64,000 bases of DNA from a virus (taxonomy: Duplodnaviria; Caudoviricetes), in the IMG/VR virus record IMGVR_UViG_3300014968_000012, positions 1 to 64,000 of that record; one strand, given 5' to 3'. The notes under the pieces are model-generated. The model had not been told where the DNA came from, did no database searches, and worked only from the letters and a program-made list of their open reading frames with translations. A program made the position numbers and the translations under genes. The first letter of the stretch is position 1. The number at the start of each line of letters is the position of its first letter. Positions 61,416 to 64,000 of this stretch are shown here, one piece after another.

Positions 61416-62396
61416 ATGACCCGCCAGAAGACCCCGTCCGTGTCGGCGCTCGCCGTGCTCGCCGTCCTGTCGTACAACCCCGACGAGGCGGTGTTCGTCA
61501 GCACCATGACCCACGAGTGGCCGACGCGCCCGGCCAGCATCGCCCAAGCGCTGAACCGCCTCGTCCGACAGGGCCACGTCGTGCGCGCCGAGCGCCACGG
61601 GATCCCGTACTACCACCTCGCCGAGTCGGCCCGCGCGCTCACCGGCGCGCCGGCGCCCGTCGCCGCCGAGTCGGCCCCGGAGACCACCGCCATGGCGCCG
61701 GCTCCCCTCACCGCCGACGAGGTCCGCGCACTGAAGCTCACCGCGACCATGGAGCGGTCCTTGAGGAACCTCGTCGCCGGCCCGGTCGGATACTGGGGCA
61801 ACGCGCTGAGCTCCCGGAAGGTCCACGGAAAGGCGGCTGAGGGTCTGGTGGCGCGCGGCCTGGCCCTGTTCGACCGGGAAGAGCTGTGCACGCCTCAGGG
61901 GTGCGTGTGCAAGGGGCACAGCATGGACCAGACCCGGCGTAGCCCCCACTACCGGATTTCCGAGCTCGGGAAGCGTGTCGTCGCGGCCCTGGAGACGCCG
62001 GCCGAGTCCGCCGGCGAGCTCGCCGACGCGCCGGCGCCCGTGGCCGCCGAGCCGGCCGCCGGGACCACCGCCGCGGCGCCGGCGGTCACCGCCGACGAGG
62101 TGGCGGCGCTCAAGCTGAGCACGACCATGGCCCGGTCCCTGGTGAACCTCGTCCCCGGGCCGGTCGGTTACTGGGGATACGCCCTGAGCGCCCGGAAGGT
62201 CCACGGCGGCGCGGTGGAAGGGCTCGTCCGGCGCGGCCTGGCCGTCAACGAGGTGAGCCCGTGCACGGCCGACGGGTGGTGCGTGTGCGCCGGCGTCTAC
62301 GGCGACCGGTCCCGGCCGGCCTACCACTACCGGGCGACCGAGCTCGGGGAGCGCGTCGCCGTCGCGCTGGTGGCCGTGGCGGCGCTGGCGGCGTGA
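61416..62396 (+). CDS. Protein with an N-terminal winged HTH and two tandem wHTH-like repeats carrying Cys-rich wings
   Basis: AL.RLV..G.V N-domain. Two repeats of TADEV.ALKL..TM.RSL.NLV.GPVGYWG.ALS.RKVHG.A.EGLV.RGLA...C....CVC...Y...ELG.RV. Confidence 0.7.
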   Translation: MTRQKTPSVSALAVLAVLSYNPDEAVFVSTMTHEWPTRPASIAQALNRLVRQGHVVRAERHGIPYYHLAESARALTGAPAPVAAESAPETTAMAPAPLTADEVRALKLTATMERSLRNLVAGPVGYWGNALSSRKVHGKAAEGLVARGLALFDREELCTPQGCVCKGHSMDQTRRSPHYRISELGKRVVAALETPAESAGELADAPAPVAAEPAAGTTAAAPAVTADEVAALKLSTTMARSLVNLVPGPVGYWGYALSARKVHGGAVEGLVRRGLAVNEVSPCTADGWCVCAGVYGDRSRPAYHYRATELGERVAVALVAVAALAA

Positions 62397-62406
62397 GGCC
62401 GGCGGG

Positions 62407-62434
62407 GCGGCGCCGGCCGTGGAGCCGGCGCCGC
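62407..62434 (+). terminator. GC-rich terminator hairpin
   Basis: GCGGCGCCGGC / GCCGGCGCCGC right after the stop codon. Confidence 0.6.
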
Positions 62435-62445
62435 ACCCGCAAGTG

Positions 62446-62510
62446 TTGACAGTGTCGCTACCGACACTGTAACGTTTCTCTCGTAAGGACACGCCGCCAA
62501 GCGAGAGGGA
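62446..62510 (+). promoter_or_regulatory. Cassette promoter copy 9
   Basis: TTGACA-N18-TAACGT, dyad, CACGCCGCCAAGCGAGAGGGA. Confidence 0.85.
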
Positions 62511-62517
62511 CCCGACC

Positions 62518-62901
62518 ATGACCGCCACCACCACCACCGTCCGAATCAAGGGCCGCGCGCGCTGGGCCGCCAAGGGCACGACGACGGACATCACCACGTG
62601 CGAGTTCTGCGGTCGGGAGAAGCTTCGCAAGACCGTGATCCTGGTCCCGCTGGACGAGGACGGGAACCCCGACGGCGAGGTGACGCACGCCGGGACCTCG
62701 TGCGCGGCCGTCCACCTGGCCGTCTCCACGTCCGCCGTGACCACGGCCGCCCGGGTCGCCAACCACCGGCGCGCGCAGGCCGTGACCGAGTACGCCGAGC
62801 TCGGCAAGAGCATGGAGGCCGCCGCCGAGCGGAACGACATGCGGACGTGGCACGTCCTGGCCGTCGCCCGCGGCCAGGTCTGGGGCCTGGCGTACAACTA
62901 G
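62518..62901 (+). CDS. Early cassette gene, zinc-binding (CE.CGR..L.KTV...G..CA)
   Basis: CxxC plus distal Cys. Leader and RBS present. Confidence 0.7.
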   Translation: MTATTTTVRIKGRARWAAKGTTTDITTCEFCGREKLRKTVILVPLDEDGNPDGEVTHAGTSCAAVHLAVSTSAVTTAARVANHRRAQAVTEYAELGKSMEAAAERNDMRTWHVLAVARGQVWGLAYN

Positions 62902-62920
62902 GGGCCGGCGCGCGCGAGCA

Positions 62921-63066
62921 CCCGCCGGGAAGAGCCCGGCGCCGACGGAATGCGGCCGTCCGGCGCCGGGCTTTTCCACGTCCAGCATGTTGACAGTGCG
63001 GGATACGACACTGTAACGTAGTTCATGCAAGGGAACACGCCGCCAAGCGAGAGGGACCCGACCATG
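62921..63066 (+). repeat. About 145-bp direct repeat A: terminator, promoter copy 10, leader
   Basis: Terminator at 62933-62975 with TTTT. TTGACA (62990)-N18-TAACGT. Near-identical to 63392..63537. Confidence 0.85.
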
Positions 63067-63357
63067 ACCGCCAAGACCACCGCGCAGGCAATCAGCGCCG
63101 TCCGTTCCAACTACGCCGCCTTGCGGCGCCTGGCCACCTCCGGCGGCCGCACCGCCGCCACCACGAACGCGATAGGTCGCCGCCGGATGGCCATTGAGGC
63201 GGCCGTCAAGAGCCTTCCGCGCGACCTGGCCGGGGACCTGGCCTTCGAAAACACCCTTATCGAGAACATCGCCGCGTCGCGCCGCAACGGTGTTGAGCGA
63301 CCCGAACTCGCCGGCCGCCTGGCCGCTTGCCGGCGCCGGGTCCGCGCCAGCGCCTAA
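63064..63357 (+). CDS. Early cassette gene, basic helical protein
   Basis: Flanked by the direct repeats. Confidence 0.65.
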   Translation: MTAKTTAQAISAVRSNYAALRRLATSGGRTAATTNAIGRRRMAIEAAVKSLPRDLAGDLAFENTLIENIAASRRNGVERPELAGRLAACRRRVRASA

Positions 63358-63391
63358 AGCCCCCTCCCGGCGCCCCGCCAGCGCGCCGAGC

Positions 63392-63537
63392 CCCGCCGGG
63401 GAGAGCCCGGCGCCGACGGAATGCGGCCGTCCGGCGCCGGGCTTTCTCACGCCCCGTATGTTGACAGTGTGGGGAGCGACACTGTAACGTAGTCCGTGCA
63501 AGCAAGCCACGCCGCCAAGCGAGAGGGACCCCCGATG
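63392..63537 (+). repeat. About 145-bp direct repeat B: terminator, promoter copy 11, leader
   Basis: Terminator at 63404-63445. TTGACA (63461)-N18-TAACGT. Confidence 0.85.
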
Positions 63538-63975
63538 AAGGTCGAACACATCCGCCAGGACACGGCGCCCGTCGCTCTCGGGCTCCAGGTCATCCACGTG
63601 GACAACCTGGACGCCCCGTGCCTCGTGGACGCCGGCGTGGTCGTCGGCATCACCGGCGACCGGGCGGACGTCTACTGGGCCGACACGATGATCAGCAACC
63701 ACCCCGTCGCGCACCTCGCGACGATCCGGCGGGCCGACTCGACCGAGCGCCCGGCGGTCCGCGCCCTCGTCCCCCGCGTCGCCGACGCGTACGACGAGGT
63801 CACCGCCCGCAAGGTCACCGCGATGATCGCCGACAACTGCGCGGCGATGGCCAAGCGCCGGCCCGGCACCCGCCCGGAGCAGTGGCGCCGGCCGGTGACG
63901 CGGTTCGTGATGGACACCCTGCGCGCGCAGAACCCGCGCATGTACGCCGCCGCCGCCCGCGTCCTGGGCGCCTGA
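63535..63975 (+). CDS. Early cassette gene, hypothetical
   Basis: GAGAGGGA RBS after the leader. Confidence 0.65.
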   Translation: MKVEHIRQDTAPVALGLQVIHVDNLDAPCLVDAGVVVGITGDRADVYWADTMISNHPVAHLATIRRADSTERPAVRALVPRVADAYDEVTARKVTAMIADNCAAMAKRRPGTRPEQWRRPVTRFVMDTLRAQNPRMYAAAARVLGA

Positions 63976-64000
63976 CCCACCACACCGAAACCGGCGCGGC

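Noticed and set aside
54382-63537. Repeat array as a CRISPR array
   Set aside because: The repeats are 450-3400 bp apart, separated by whole genes, and are promoter/RBS sequences. No cas genes are present.

Overview
The window is about 64 kb of a high-GC tailed (siphovirus-type) actinobacteriophage or prophage genome. No host genes are recognisable. The capsid and tail module resembles the mycobacteriophage cluster-B-like lineage. Layout: (1) 1-12.8 kb accessory arm with a HAD phosphatase, a catalytically crippled tyrosine recombinase, a long translationally coupled ORF chain and an amidase endolysin. (2) 12.9-17.6 kb ParB-like, glycosyltransferase and P-loop kinase DNA-modification module fused to the terminase genes. 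(3) 17.7-22.5 kb insert with a lipoprotein, a DUF1360-like membrane protein and two Ig-domain proteins. (4) 22.6-49.3 kb portal, MuF-protease fusion, two capsid proteins, FN3-bearing tail tube, adaptors, chaperones, tape measure and tail-tip proteins. (5) 49.3-54 kb a non-coding gap, regulators and a Bet/RecT annealase. (6) 54.4-64 kb divergent array of small genes, each driven by a copy of one promoter/operator/leader element. Top leads: (a) a shadow set of diverged, apparently disabled copies of the phage's own assembly genes (prohead protease domain, tail tube, tail chaperone) in the accessory arm; (b) an 11-copy promoter cassette array in which five promoters sit inside co-varying hairpins that appear to double as the terminator of the upstream gene; (c) an 8-copy GGTGACAGG-N5-CCTGTCACC palindrome; (d) layered anti-restriction features. 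All homology calls come from reading motifs by eye; no database searches were run.
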